From the NCBI GenBank assembly GCA_964572155.1, contig CAZNDZ010000002.1:147089-211088 (forward strand): DNA of 64,000 bases, given 5' to 3'. Made by a program: the position numbers and the translations under genes. This document shows, in pieces, positions 25,883-37,700 of this stretch. Every line of letters begins with the position of its first letter. The stretch's first letter is position 1. The DNA comes from an uncultured Planctomycetales bacterium. Its GTDB lineage: Bacteria; Omnitrophota; Gorgyraeia; Zapsychrales; Fredricksoniimonadaceae. The notes beneath the pieces were generated by a model that worked only from the letters and a program-made list of their open reading frames with translations, made no database searches and was not told the DNA's origin.

Positions 25883-28800
25883 TAAATCACCCACCAATTA
25901 CTCCCATCACAAACAATCGTATAAGCTTGATATTGTGTTGTTGTTGAAATGGTTGTTGCTCCGTCGATGGTTTCAGCGGCATTGCCGTCAATGATGACAG
26001 AGTTGCCAGATGAATCCGTTTTCTTAATGTAATAAACACGTCCTGAAACCCCGCTAGCTGCAGGCAATGTGATTGTGACTGAACCACCAGAAGCATCAAC
26101 TAAAATTACATAATCACCAGCACTGGCCGTATAATCCGCCGATTTGCTAACCACCTGCACACCCATAGACCCTTTGACTTGTAAATATGATTGAGCCGTC
26201 CATGTGGCGATACCAACATTACCATTAGTGATTGTAAATGCACCTTGAGGGGTATTGGTCCCAATACCAATATTCGTGCCGTTATCAAATATGCTTGAAT
26301 TACCAACCGCCGTTGTGGATGTTGCCTTTTGAATAAAATTGGCTGTCATGGACGAATATGATGGATACGTATTTGTATCAACAGACAATGTCCCGTCAGC
26401 CGACCCTGTTTTAACAAAACCATTGGATGTCAAATTTGTTAATTTAGGCGCATTAACACCCGTCGAGAATTTACCCGTTCCAACCACATCCAACGACTGC
26501 GTTGGATTTACACTTCCTATTCCCACATTGGTTGTAAAATACGTATCCCCCGTCCCATAAACATCCAACAAAGCCTGCGGCGCCCACGTCCCAATCCCCA
26601 CATTCCCATTGGTCACCACCAATCCACCCTGTGGAGTCGACGTCCCAATCCCCACATTATCAGACCCAGTTGTGTTATACACCGCCCCCGACCCCGTCGA
26701 CCAACCAGACGCCCCACCCGCCCCAATACTAGAAGGCGACATCCACGTCCCAATCCCCGTTGATCCAGAAACCAAAACATAACCTGCGGAAGGTGACGTT
26801 GACAATCTAAACCCATCCGTGTCCAACCTCGTCGTCGCTGTCCAAGTACCAAGACCAACATTACCCATCGACACAAATCCTGTTTGCGGAGTTGTCGTTC
26901 CCAAACCAACATTGCCTTCAACAATCATCCCCCCTAAGGGCGCTGCTTGGCTAACATACGATGAATTTATACCAGTACCAATCCCAACACCACCCGTAAC
27001 TGAAAGCAATGATCCGGGCAGTACTGTTCCAATACCCATATTCCCTACACTAGTAATACGCACTCTTTCAACAGTTGAGTCAACTGTACTGCTACCCGCT
27101 GAATTTGTATAAAAACTCAAATCTCCAACTGAATTACCACCCGTTCTTATAAAAACAATCTTTGAACCAAGCGTTATAGCATTGTTCGAAATATTAAAAC
27201 CTAATCCAGTAGCAACGCCGGTTGTCACAGAATTATTCATCAATCGTAACCCCAAATTCGAAACACCAGGAGTAATTGCGTTGTTGTTTAAAACAATATC
27301 CATTGAAGTTGACGGAGACCAAGTACCAACACCAACATTGCCACCTGCCTGCACATTAAATTTACGCGCCACATCAAACAAAGTAATTGCTGTCCAAGTC
27401 CCAATTCCCACATTCCCATTGGTCACCACAAACCCACCCTGCGGCGTCGACGTCCCAATCCCAACATTACCACCAATCACAGCTAATCTCGCAGTAGCAA
27501 ATGTCATATCTGTACCAATACCAATGTTACCCCCGTTATCGATACGCATACGTTCAAATGGAGCCGATGAACTTCCATCTGATGGATTTGTCCAAAATGT
27601 AATTCTCCCTTTTGGATAAGTATCATTCTCAAATCGGATCCAAGCAGAACCAGTCGTGTCAGAAGCATTTCCTAAAATATTGGCAGAAATTTTTCCTAAT
27701 GTTCCTGTATTAGTAACATCATTCGTAGCAAAATGAATTGAATTTTGTCCCAATAATGTCCTATTACCAGCAAGCACTCCACGAGCAGGACTACCTGCAA
27801 ATGATCCAACTCCATTTGTATCCATCGCGTAAGCAGGTACCCAAGTCCCAATACCCACATTTCCATTTGTAATGACCAACGAGCCTTGTGGCGTTGAAGT
27901 TCCTATGCCAACTTTATCATAGGTTCCAATACCTACACCAGCCGTTGTAAACCATTGACTCGAACCACTACTGGAAACCGGTAAAGTCCCCGCCGCCATC
28001 CAAGTACCAATCCCCGTCGAGTCAGAGACCATCACATACCCAGCAGCAGGTGACGTTGACAATCTAAACCCATCCGTGTCTAACCTCGTCGTCGCTGTCC
28101 AAGTACCAAGACCAACATTACCCATTGAAACAAAACCAGTTTGCGGTGTTGTCGTTCCTAAACCAACATTACCTTCAACGATCATTCCTCCCGATGGCGC
28201 TGCAGCTTGAACAAAGTTAGAGGCTGAAGTTGTTCCAACACCAATTGACAACCCTGAACTTCCTGCAATGGTCAGTGAACTCTTGGGATAAAAAGTACCT
28301 ATACCGACATTGCCAATAAAACCTGCTGAACCAAAATTTGCTGGCCTTGCAACATACATCCCGACTGAAGGATTCGTAGAATAACCAGAACCACCAACTA
28401 AGATCCCACCATTATTTGAATAATTTGTCGGATTAAAATACCCAGGATAATACGTGTGAAAGAAAAAGCTTGTAGCTCCAGCAAAAGCTACCCCAAAATA
28501 TGTATGTCTATTCTGATCAGAATTGATATAGGCTGCGAGGCTGTTATTGTCATGGTTAGCTCTAAACAAATACTGCGCACTACCAACAGCAGTTTTCTGA
28601 ATGGCTAATATATTCTCCGTTGTTGTTGTATTAATCCCAACATTACCAACGATGTATGTCGGACCCCGCACATCAAAAAAATCTCTAGGAGCCCACGTCC
28701 CAATCCCGACATTCCCATTAGTCACAACCAACCCGCCCTGCGGCGTCGAGGTGCCAATACCAACATTATCCGACCCTGTCGTGTTATATACCGTCCCAGT

Positions 28801-31614
28801 CCCCGTTGACCAACCTGTAGAACCCGCCCCGATGGTTCCCGGAGCCATCCACGTCCCTATACCTGTTGATCCTGAAACTAAAACATATCCAGACGCAGGA
28901 TTCGTCGATATCCTAAGACCAGTCGTATCTAGCGCCGCAATCGGTGCATATGTGCCAATACCAATATTGTTTTCAACAATTAACCCACCATTTGGTGAAA
29001 TATTTCTAATAAATGAAGAATTTAAATTTGTTCCAATACCAATCCCCCCTGCCACAACAAGCTTACTCAATGGATCTACTGTTCCAATACCAAGATTCCC
29101 ACCACTTGCGAGAAACATATTGCCGCCATTAAATGTGATGTCACCCGTTGTTCCTTGATCTCTAAATGCTAAAAATGGATTTGAAGAAGCGTCTATAAGT
29201 CTAAATTCTTGAGCGGCACTGTTATATGACTGCGCAAATAAAGAAGCTGTTCCAAAATAAATGAACTGATTATCTATTGCGGTCAATGTTCCTGTAAAAA
29301 AAATCCGATTAAACGCATCCCGTGTTGTATACCCTTTGAGTGTTGGTCCATATGTATTAGAAAGTGAATCAACTATAAGACCTGTTCGATACCCACCCGA
29401 ACTAGCCCCTTCAACAACCAATGGCCCCTGTGGCGCAAATGTACCTAAACCAACATTCCCACCCATCACAATCAATTTTCCACCCGCCGTTACCCAAGTC
29501 CCAACACCAACATTACCTTGCACAATCATCCCACCTGTCGGCGCAGAAGTTGATACATACGTTGAATTCAATCCAGTTCCAATACCCACTCCACCAGCGA
29601 CTGATAATTTACTTACAGGGTATGTTGTTCCAACACCAACATTACCATTATCAAAAATAGTTGAGTCACCAACAGCACTTGTCGATGTGGCTTTTTGAAT
29701 AAAATTAGTTGTCATCGATGAATAGGATGGATAGGTATTTGTATCAACAGATAATGTCCCGTCCCCTGAACCTGTTTTTACAAAACCATTGGATGTTAAA
29801 TTTGTGATTTTAGGGGCGTTAACACCTGTAGTAAATTTACCCGTACCAACAACATCTAACGATTGTGTTGGTGAAGCACTACCAATACCCACATTGGTTG
29901 TAAATGTACTATCTCCCGAACCTTTAACATCAAGCAAAGCCTGAGGCGCCCACGTCCCAATTCCCACATTGCCATTCGTCACCACCAATCCACCCTGTGG
30001 AGTCGACGTCCCAATCCCCACATTATCAGACCCAGTTGTGTTATACACCGCCCCCGACCCCGTCGACCAACCAGACGCCCCACCCGCCCCAATACTAGAA
30101 GGCGACATCCACGTCCCAATACCCGTCGATCCAGAAACTAAAACATAACCAGCAGCTGGTGAAGTCGACAATCTAAACCCATCCGTATCCAATCGTGTTG
30201 TCGCTGTCCATGTCCCTAAACCAACATTTCCTAAAACAGCCAATGCAGCTTGTGGTGTTGTGGTACCAATACCAACGTTTCCTTCGACAATCATTCCGCC
30301 ATTAGGCGGTACTGCTGTTATAAATGTACCGCCAGCAACAGTACCGATCCCAATGTTGCCAACTATCCCTAATCTAGCACTCGGTGCAATCGTGCCAATA
30401 CCTACATTGCCATTCACCAATCGCATATGAGAGGTTCCCAATCCAAAATTACCAAATCCTAAATCAATATAATCACCGTTCCCCGATGACGTTGATGAAT
30501 TTAATTTCAAAAAGGCATTCTGGTTACTCGCACCATTTATGGTTAATCCCGAATTTACTGTAGACGTGCCATTTTGAATGAGGGCTGATGCCCCAGAAGC
30601 GTACAAGAGGAAAGAAGAATTATTAAGCGTTGCACTCGTAAAACCATTGATAGATGTAATAGCGCCCGTGGCACTAACTTGAAAACCAGTGCCTCCGTTT
30701 CCACCCCCAACTTGGAAAACATTCTGCGCCAAAAGAGTTCCAATTCCAACATTACCACCCATCACCGTCAATGCACTTTGAGGTATCGTCGTGCCGATAC
30801 CAACATTCCCACCTGTTACAATTAACCTTCCTGATGATGCATCCGTCGTACCAACCCCCACATTATCCGTCGACGTCGTCAAATGCACCATGGTGCCATC
30901 GTCGGTAAATCCACCACCACTGGCCGCAGCTGGAAGATTTGTTAATAACGCACCATCACCTGAAAATGCCATCGCTCGAACTGCGCCATTAACATCTAAT
31001 GCCGTACCCGGTGCCAATGTTCCAACGCCAATATTACCTTGAACAATCATCCCACCAGCTGGAGCTGTTGTTGTGACAAATGCTGAACTCGCCGTGCCAA
31101 TACCTACTGATCCATTTACTGCTAATTGATTATTAGTTGTAATTGTACCAATACCAACATTCCCGCCAACGTTTACGATAATACCATTACTATTAAAATC
31201 ACTAAGAGTCATGGCAGACGTTGTAGACCATCCCCTAATTTGTGCGCCTCCTGCGACGCTCGACATTACAGCCCCATTTACCACCGCAATTTGAGTACCA
31301 TAAATCGCACCATTCACTTTTAAAGGAACTTCAGGAGATCTAGTACCGATACCAACATTGCCTCCTAAAACAATTACTTTTCCACCCGTGGTAACCCACG
31401 TACCAATCCCAACATTTCCGTTCGTTACCACAAATCCACCTTGTGGCGTCGTCGTACCAAAACCAATATTGCCGCTAGCTCCGCTAACATACAGGAAAGA
31501 CTGTGTGTCGTTTTTAATATTAAAGTCTTTAGCTAACGCATAGGAAGAAAACATAGCGCTGCCGCAGAGGATGACGACGAGGATTCTTATGGCTGAAATG
31601 AAGGTTTTTTTCAT
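25882..31614 (-). CDS. Giant secreted tail-fibre-like repeat protein (1910 aa), paralog with a type-B C-terminal tip (...ETIDG...SNWWVI).
   Basis: MKKTFISAIRILVVILCGSAMFSSYALAKDFNIKNDTQSFLYVSGASGNIGFGTTTPQGGFVV, with three copies of the shared module. The C-terminus GRVYYIKKTDSSGNSVIIDGNAAETIDGATTISTTTQYQAYTIVCDGSNWWVI aligns with the tip of the 1223 aa protein. Confidence 0.8.
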   Translation of the reverse strand: MKKTFISAIRILVVILCGSAMFSSYALAKDFNIKNDTQSFLYVSGASGNIGFGTTTPQGGFVVTNGNVGIGTWVTTGGKVIVLGGNVGIGTRSPEVPLKVNGAIYGTQIAVVNGAVMSSVAGGAQIRGWSTTSAMTLSDFNSNGIIVNVGGNVGIGTITTNNQLAVNGSVGIGTASSAFVTTTAPAGGMIVQGNIGVGTLAPGTALDVNGAVRAMAFSGDGALLTNLPAAASGGGFTDDGTMVHLTTSTDNVGVGTTDASSGRLIVTGGNVGIGTTIPQSALTVMGGNVGIGTLLAQNVFQVGGGNGGTGFQVSATGAITSINGFTSATLNNSSFLLYASGASALIQNGTSTVNSGLTINGASNQNAFLKLNSSTSSGNGDYIDLGFGNFGLGTSHMRLVNGNVGIGTIAPSARLGIVGNIGIGTVAGGTFITAVPPNGGMIVEGNVGIGTTTPQAALAVLGNVGLGTWTATTRLDTDGFRLSTSPAAGYVLVSGSTGIGTWMSPSSIGAGGASGWSTGSGAVYNTTGSDNVGIGTSTPQGGLVVTNGNVGIGTWAPQALLDVKGSGDSTFTTNVGIGSASPTQSLDVVGTGKFTTGVNAPKITNLTSNGFVKTGSGDGTLSVDTNTYPSYSSMTTNFIQKATSTSAVGDSTIFDNGNVGVGTTYPVSKLSVAGGVGIGTGLNSTYVSTSAPTGGMIVQGNVGVGTWVTAGGKLIVMGGNVGLGTFAPQGPLVVEGASSGGYRTGLIVDSLSNTYGPTLKGYTTRDAFNRIFFTGTLTAIDNQFIYFGTASLFAQSYNSAAQEFRLIDASSNPFLAFRDQGTTGDITFNGGNMFLASGGNLGIGTVDPLSKLVVAGGIGIGTNLNSSFIRNISPNGGLIVENNIGIGTYAPIAALDTTGLRISTNPASGYVLVSGSTGIGTWMAPGTIGAGSTGWSTGTGTVYNTTGSDNVGIGTSTPQGGLVVTNGNVGIGTWAPRDFFDVRGPTYIVGNVGINTTTTENILAIQKTAVGSAQYLFRANHDNNSLAAYINSDQNRHTYFGVAFAGATSFFFHTYYPGYFNPTNYSNNGGILVGGSGYSTNPSVGMYVARPANFGSAGFIGNVGIGTFYPKSSLTIAGSSGLSIGVGTTSASNFVQAAAPSGGMIVEGNVGLGTTTPQTGFVSMGNVGLGTWTATTRLDTDGFRLSTSPAAGYVMVSDSTGIGTWMAAGTLPVSSSGSSQWFTTAGVGIGTYDKVGIGTSTPQGSLVITNGNVGIGTWVPAYAMDTNGVGSFAGSPARGVLAGNRTLLGQNSIHFATNDVTNTGTLGKISANILGNASDTTGSAWIRFENDTYPKGRITFWTNPSDGSSSAPFERMRIDNGGNIGIGTDMTFATARLAVIGGNVGIGTSTPQGGFVVTNGNVGIGTWTAITLFDVARKFNVQAGGNVGVGTWSPSTSMDIVLNNNAITPGVSNLGLRLMNNSVTTGVATGLGFNISNNAITLGSKIVFIRTGGNSVGDLSFYTNSAGSSTVDSTVERVRITSVGNMGIGTVLPGSLLSVTGGVGIGTGINSSYVSQAAPLGGMIVEGNVGLGTTTPQTGFVSMGNVGLGTWTATTRLDTDGFRLSTSPSAGYVLVSGSTGIGTWMSPSSIGAGGASGWSTGSGAVYNTTGSDNVGIGTSTPQGGLVVTNGNVGIGTWAPQALLDVYGTGDTYFTTNVGIGSVNPTQSLDVVGTGKFSTGVNAPKLTNLTSNGFVKTGSADGTLSVDTNTYPSYSSMTANFIQKATSTTAVGNSSIFDNGTNIGIGTNTPQGAFTITNGNVGIATWTAQSYLQVKGSMGVQVVSKSADYTASAGDYVILVDASGGSVTITLPAASGVSGRVYYIKKTDSSGNSVIIDGNAAETIDGATTISTTTQYQAYTIVCDGSNWWVI
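26585..26880 (-). repeat. Dispersed module of about 290 bp, copy 8.
   Basis: Same core sequence, read directly. Confidence 0.5.
28690..28950 (-). repeat. Dispersed module of about 290 bp, copy 9.
   Basis: Same core sequence, read directly. Confidence 0.5.
29945..30240 (-). repeat. Dispersed module of about 290 bp, copy 10.
   Basis: Same core sequence, read directly. Confidence 0.5.
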
Positions 31615-31739
31615 CTAAACTGTTGAAATATATACACTTCTCTATAAAAATTTAAATACTATCTCAACTTATATTCTATATATATAGGGATTGGTTACAA
31701 CAAAAGAGTGAAAAATTTACTGCGGATTTTTAACTTTTT

Positions 31740-34700
31740 TTACTGCAAATTAATCTCGACGTTGCCGCTGATACGAGCGTCACCTAAGACATCAAAATTC
31801 TTGCCAGGCCATGCAGAACCGATACCCACATTGCCCCCACCATTAACGATTAAGTTACCACCATCGGAACTCCAAGTTCCAATACCTACATTACCACTTG
31901 TTACAGCAAACGCCCCTTGTGGTGTTGATGTGCCGATACCAACATTGGTACCATCAAAAGCGAAACTATTCTCATTACCAGCAAAAGAACCAGAATTATT
32001 ATATTGCACCGCTTTATTGCTTCCAGCTGGAGAAGTGACAATTGGCAATGTGCTTGCTGGCATCCATGTACCAATCCCGGTTGAACCTGTAACCAAAACA
32101 TACCCTGCACTAGGACTGGTTGTTAATTGTAACCCTGTCATGCTCACTGTTCCCATAACATCCAATGCTTGTGCAGGTGCCCATGTGCCAATACCAACGT
32201 TCCCATTGGTCACCACCAACGAGCCTTGCGCCGTAGTTGTACCCACGCCAATATTTCCTGTAAATGTATTGACAGATGTGCCTGATTGGGTGTAGGCCCC
32301 TGTTGCCGTGATTGCCCCCGTCGATACCGCTGTTGCTTTGACTGTACCAATGACATCTAACTTTTGCGTGGCGTCGGTTGTGCCGATACCTAAATTATTT
32401 CCATTGAATGAAAGCTTTGTCTCATCACCCAATGTACTTAACCCATCACCATATTGCACCGCATTGAGTCCACCTGCAGGGAATGCCATGACACCCGTGA
32501 TCAATGCTCCATCACCAACGAATGCGGTTGCACGCACTGTGCCTTGCACATCAACCTTTGTACCAGGGGTTACTGAACCCACACCAACATTACCACCCGT
32601 AAATAATGCCGATGCTGTTGCATTGCTAAAGGTTGGCAAGCCTGTAACATTGGTTGGACCAGATAGTGTATTTGTCGACGATCCTGTTTGTGTATAGCCA
32701 CCAGTTGTTGAAATCGCATTGGCTTTGACTGTTCCAAATACATCCAACGCTTGTGCCGGTGCCCATGTGCCAATACCAACATTACCATTAGTGACAACTA
32801 AAGAAGCTTGAGGCGTTGATGTACCTAAACCAACATTACCTGTAAATGTATTATCAGAAACACCACTTTGTGTGTATGCACCGGATGTTGTAAACGCTGT
32901 TGATTTGACCGTTCCAACAACATCTAATTTTGCCGTACCTTCTGTTGTACCGATACCAACATTATTTCCATCAAATGAGAATTTGCTTTCATCACCTAAG
33001 GTCAATGTGCCATTGGTATATTGCACGGCATTGAGTCCACCAGCAGGAACTGCTGTAACACCACTAATACCCGCACCATTACCAAAGAATGATGTAGCTC
33101 TAACAGCACCTACAACATCAACTGCAGCTCCAGGCCAAGCAGTGCCAACACCAACATTTCCACCACCCTTGACAATCAAATTACCACCGTCCGCCGTCCA
33201 TGTACCAATACCAACATTACCATTATTCACAACAAACGATGCTTGCGCAGTTGTTGTACCTAAACCTACATTACCCGTCAATGTATTTACAGCGCTACCA
33301 CTTTGAGTGTATCCACCGGTTGTAGTAATTGCGCTGGTCGCTGTTATAGCACCAGAACTATTAACTGCAAAAGTGCCACCTGCGATTGTAAGTGTTGATG
33401 ATTTTACCGCACCATTAACATCTAAAGCTTGCTCCGGCGCCCATGTGCCGATACCAACATTGCCACTCGTTACTGTAAAGGCACCTTGCGGCGTTGTTGT
33501 GCCAACCCCAACATTACCGCCGGTAAATAACGCTGATGTCGTTGCATTGCTAAACGTCGCAACACCGCTCACATTGGTTGTACCTGTGATCGTGTTGGTT
33601 GATGATCCGCTTTGTGTGTATCCACCCGTCGTGGTTATCGCATTAGCCTTGACCGTACCTAAAACATCTAAGGCTTGAGTCGCAGCCCATGTGCCGATAC
33701 CTACATTACCATTAGTGACGACTAACGCAGATTGCGGTGTCGCTGTACCAACACCAACATTACCACCCAAGACAACCAATCGGCCCAACGCATCAGTTGT
33801 ACCGATACCTAAATTATTTCCATTAAATGATAATTTTGTTTCATCACCCAAGGTGCTTAACCCATCACCGTATTGCACGGCATTTAAACCACCGGCTGGA
33901 AACGCCATGACACCCGTGATCAATGCACCATCACCAACGAATGCGGTTGCACGCACCGTGCCTTGCACATCAACCTTTGTACCAGGAGTTACTGAACCAA
34001 CACCAACATTACCACCAGTAAATAATGCTGATGCGGTTGCATTGCTAAATGTTGCTAAACCACTAACATTCGTTGCACCTGTAATCGTGTTGGTTGATGA
34101 TCCACTTTGAGTGTATCCACCAGTAGTTGTAATCGCATTCGCTTTAACTGTTCCTAATACATCTAACGCTTGCGCCGGTGCCCATGTTCCGATACCAACA
34201 TTACCACTCGTTACTGTAAAGGCACCTTGCGGCGTTGTTGTGCCAACCCCAACATTACCGCCGGTAAATAACGCTGATGTCGTTGCATTGCTAAACGTCG
34301 CAACACCGCTCACATTGGTTGTACCTGTGATCGTATTGGTTGATGATCCGCTTTGTGTGTATCCACCCGTCGTGGTAAACGCATTTGATTTCACTGTACC
34401 TAATACATCTAACGCTTGTGTTGCATCCCATGTGCCGATACCAACATTACCGTTTGTAACAGCAAGCGCTGATTGCGGCGTTGTTGTACCAATACCCACA
34501 TTGCCACCAACGACAACTAACTTACCTCCCGCATCCGTTGTGCCTATACCTAGATTGTTTCCATTAAATGATAATTTTGTTTCATCACCCAAAGTACTTA
34601 AACCATCGCCATATTGCACAGCATTAAGTCCACCGGCTGGGAACGCCATGACACCCGTGATCAATGCACCATCACCGATAAAGCTTGTTGCTCTGACAGT

Positions 34701-37700
34701 TCCTTGAACATCCACCTTTGTTCCCGGCGTTACAGAACCAACACCAACGTTACCACCTGTAAACAATGCCGACGCTGTGGCATTGCTAAACGTTGCTAAA
34801 CCACTAACATTCGTTGCACCTGTAATTGTATTTGTTGAAGAACCACTTTGCGTATATCCACCCGTTGTTGTGATCGCATTCGCTTTAACTGTTCCTAATA
34901 CATCTAACGCTTGCGCCGGTGCCCATGTTCCGATACCCACATTGCCATTTGTAATGGCTAAAGCACCTTGTGGCGTATCTGTCCCAAGACCCACATTACT
35001 ATTAAAGGAAGAAAGACCTGAGAATGTATTTGCAGATGCGCCGCTTTGTGTGTAACCACCGGTTGTTGTTATAGAAGCAACAGCCGTGATCGCGCCAGAA
35101 CCATTGACTGCAAACGTTCCACCTGCTGTTGATAATGCATTTGATTTAACAGTTCCATTAACATCCAAGGCTTGCGCAGCAGCCCAAGTACCAATACCCA
35201 CATTGCCATTGGTTACAGCAAGCGCTGATTGTGGCGTACTTGTTCCTACTCCTATATTACCCGTTAAAACAACCATGTTGCCTGAATGCACATCTAATGC
35301 TGCAACCGCATTGGTTGTATTGATACCAACATTTGTTCCGTTAAATGAAAATTTAGCTTCATCACCCAAGGTGGTTAAACCATCGCCGTACTGAATGGCA
35401 TTCTGTCCACCAGCCGGAAAAGCTGTAACACCTGTGATCAATGCGCCATCACCAACAAAAGCTGTAGCACTTACCGTACCCCTTACTTCTAATGCTTGTT
35501 GTGGTGACCATGTACCAATACCAACATTCCCACTTAAGACAGCTAATCGACCTTGTGGCGTTGTTGTACCAATACCAACGTTATTACTATAAGAAGAGAC
35601 ACCTGTAAACGTGTTTGCAGATGAACCGCTTTGCGTATAACCACCTGTTGTTGTGATCGCACTTGTTGCTGTAAGCGTGGTTGCACGAACTGTGCCATTG
35701 ACATCTAAGGCTTGCGCTGGTGCCCATGTACCAATACCCACATTACCACTCGTTACAGTAAAGGCACCTTGAGGCGTTGTTGTGCCAACCCCAACATTAC
35801 CGCCGGTAAATAACGCTGATGTCGTTGCATTGCTAAACGTCGCAACACCGCTCACATTGGTTGTACCTGTGATCGTGTTGGTTGATGATCCGCTTTGTGT
35901 GTATCCACCCGTCGTGGTTATCGCATTAGCCTTGACCGTACCTAAAACATCTAATGCTTGTGTTGCATCCCATGTGCCGATACCAACATTACCATTGGTT
36001 ACAGCAAGTGCTGATTGCGGCGTTGTTGTACCAACACCCACATTGCCACCGACGACAACTAACCTACCCCTTGCATCTGTTGTTCCAATGCCTAAATTAT
36101 TTCCATTGAATGAAAGCTTTGTCTCATCACCCAATGTGCTTAACCCATCGCCATATTGCACCGCATTGAGTCCACCTGCAGGGAATGCCATGACACCCGT
36201 GATCAATGCACCATCACCAACGAATGCGGTTGCACGCACCGTGCCTTGCACATCAACCTTTGTACCAGGAGTTACTGAACCAACACCAACATTACCACCA
36301 GTAAATAATGCTGATGCGGTTGCATTGCTAAACGTTGCTAAACCACTAACATTCGTTGCACCTGTGATTGTATTTGTTGAAGAACCGCTTTGTGTATATC
36401 CACCCGTAGTTGTGATCGCATTGGCTTTGACTGTTCCTAATACATCTAACGCTTGTGCCGGTGCCCATGTTCCGATACCAACATTACCACTCGTTACTGT
36501 AAAGGCACCTTGCGGCGTTGTTGTGCCAACCCCAACATTACCGCCGGTAAATAAGGCTGATGCTGTGGCGTTGCTAAACGTCGCAACACCGCTCACATTG
36601 GTTGTACCTGTGATCGTGTTGGTTGATGATCCGCTTTGTGTGTATCCACCCGTCGTGGTAAACGCATTTGATTTCACTGTACCTAATACATCTAACGCTT
36701 GTGTTGCATCCCATGTGCCGATACCAACATTGCCGTTTGTAACAGCAAGTGCTGATTGCGGTGTACTTGTACCAACACCAACATTACCTGCTAAAACAAC
36801 CAAGCTTCCTGAATGCACATCTAACGCAGCAACACCGTTGGTTGTATTGATACCAACATTCGTTCCATTAAATGACAACTTTGTTTCATCACCCAAGGTT
36901 GTTGAGGCATTACCATACTGAATCGCATTTGCGCCACCAGCAGGAAAAGCTGTTACACCGGTAATACCAGCACCGTTACCAACAAAGCTCGTTGCATTAA
37001 CCGTTCCCACAACTTGCAACGCTGATTGAGGTGCCCATGTACCAACACCCACGTTACCATTGGTAACTGTAAACGCACCTTGTGGTGTAACGCTACCAAC
37101 ACCAACGTTACCACCGGTAAACAAAGCAGAATTTGTTGCGTTACTAAAGGTGGCAACACCACTAACATTTGTAGCACCAGTAATCGTATTGGTTGATGCA
37201 CCACTTTGCGTATAACCACCCGTCGTTGTAAAGGCATTTGACTTAACGGTACCAATAACATCTAACGCTTGAGACGGAGCCCATGTGCCAATACCCACAT
37301 TACCACTGGTCACTGTGAATGCACCTTGTGGCGTCGATGTGCCAACCCCAACATTATCACCATATGATGTAACACCCGTAAAGACGTTTGGCGAAACACC
37401 ACTTTGTGTATAACCACCCAATGTATTGAAACCCGTCGTAGAACGCACTGTTCCGACGACATCCAATGCTTGAGAAGGATTCATCACGCCAACACCAACA
37501 TTACCATTCATAACAGCCATACCACCTTGAGGCGTTGTCCATGTACCGATACCGACAGGACCAAGGATAGCTAACTTTGTTTGTGGTGTGGTTGTACCAA
37601 CACCAAAATTACCACTGACATTAAAATCACCATTTTGTGTTAATGTGCCGTTGACCGTTAAATTATCTAATGCCGCATCACCCAACCAAACGCTTCCGTC

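Noticed and set aside
9242-26924. Arginine/glycine-rich minus-strand ORFs (9242, 9902, 10973, 13091, 20170, 24367, 26613) of the form ...RGLGRGWRRG....
   Set aside because: They are alternate-frame shadows of the GC-rich 290-bp module inside the real giant ORFs.
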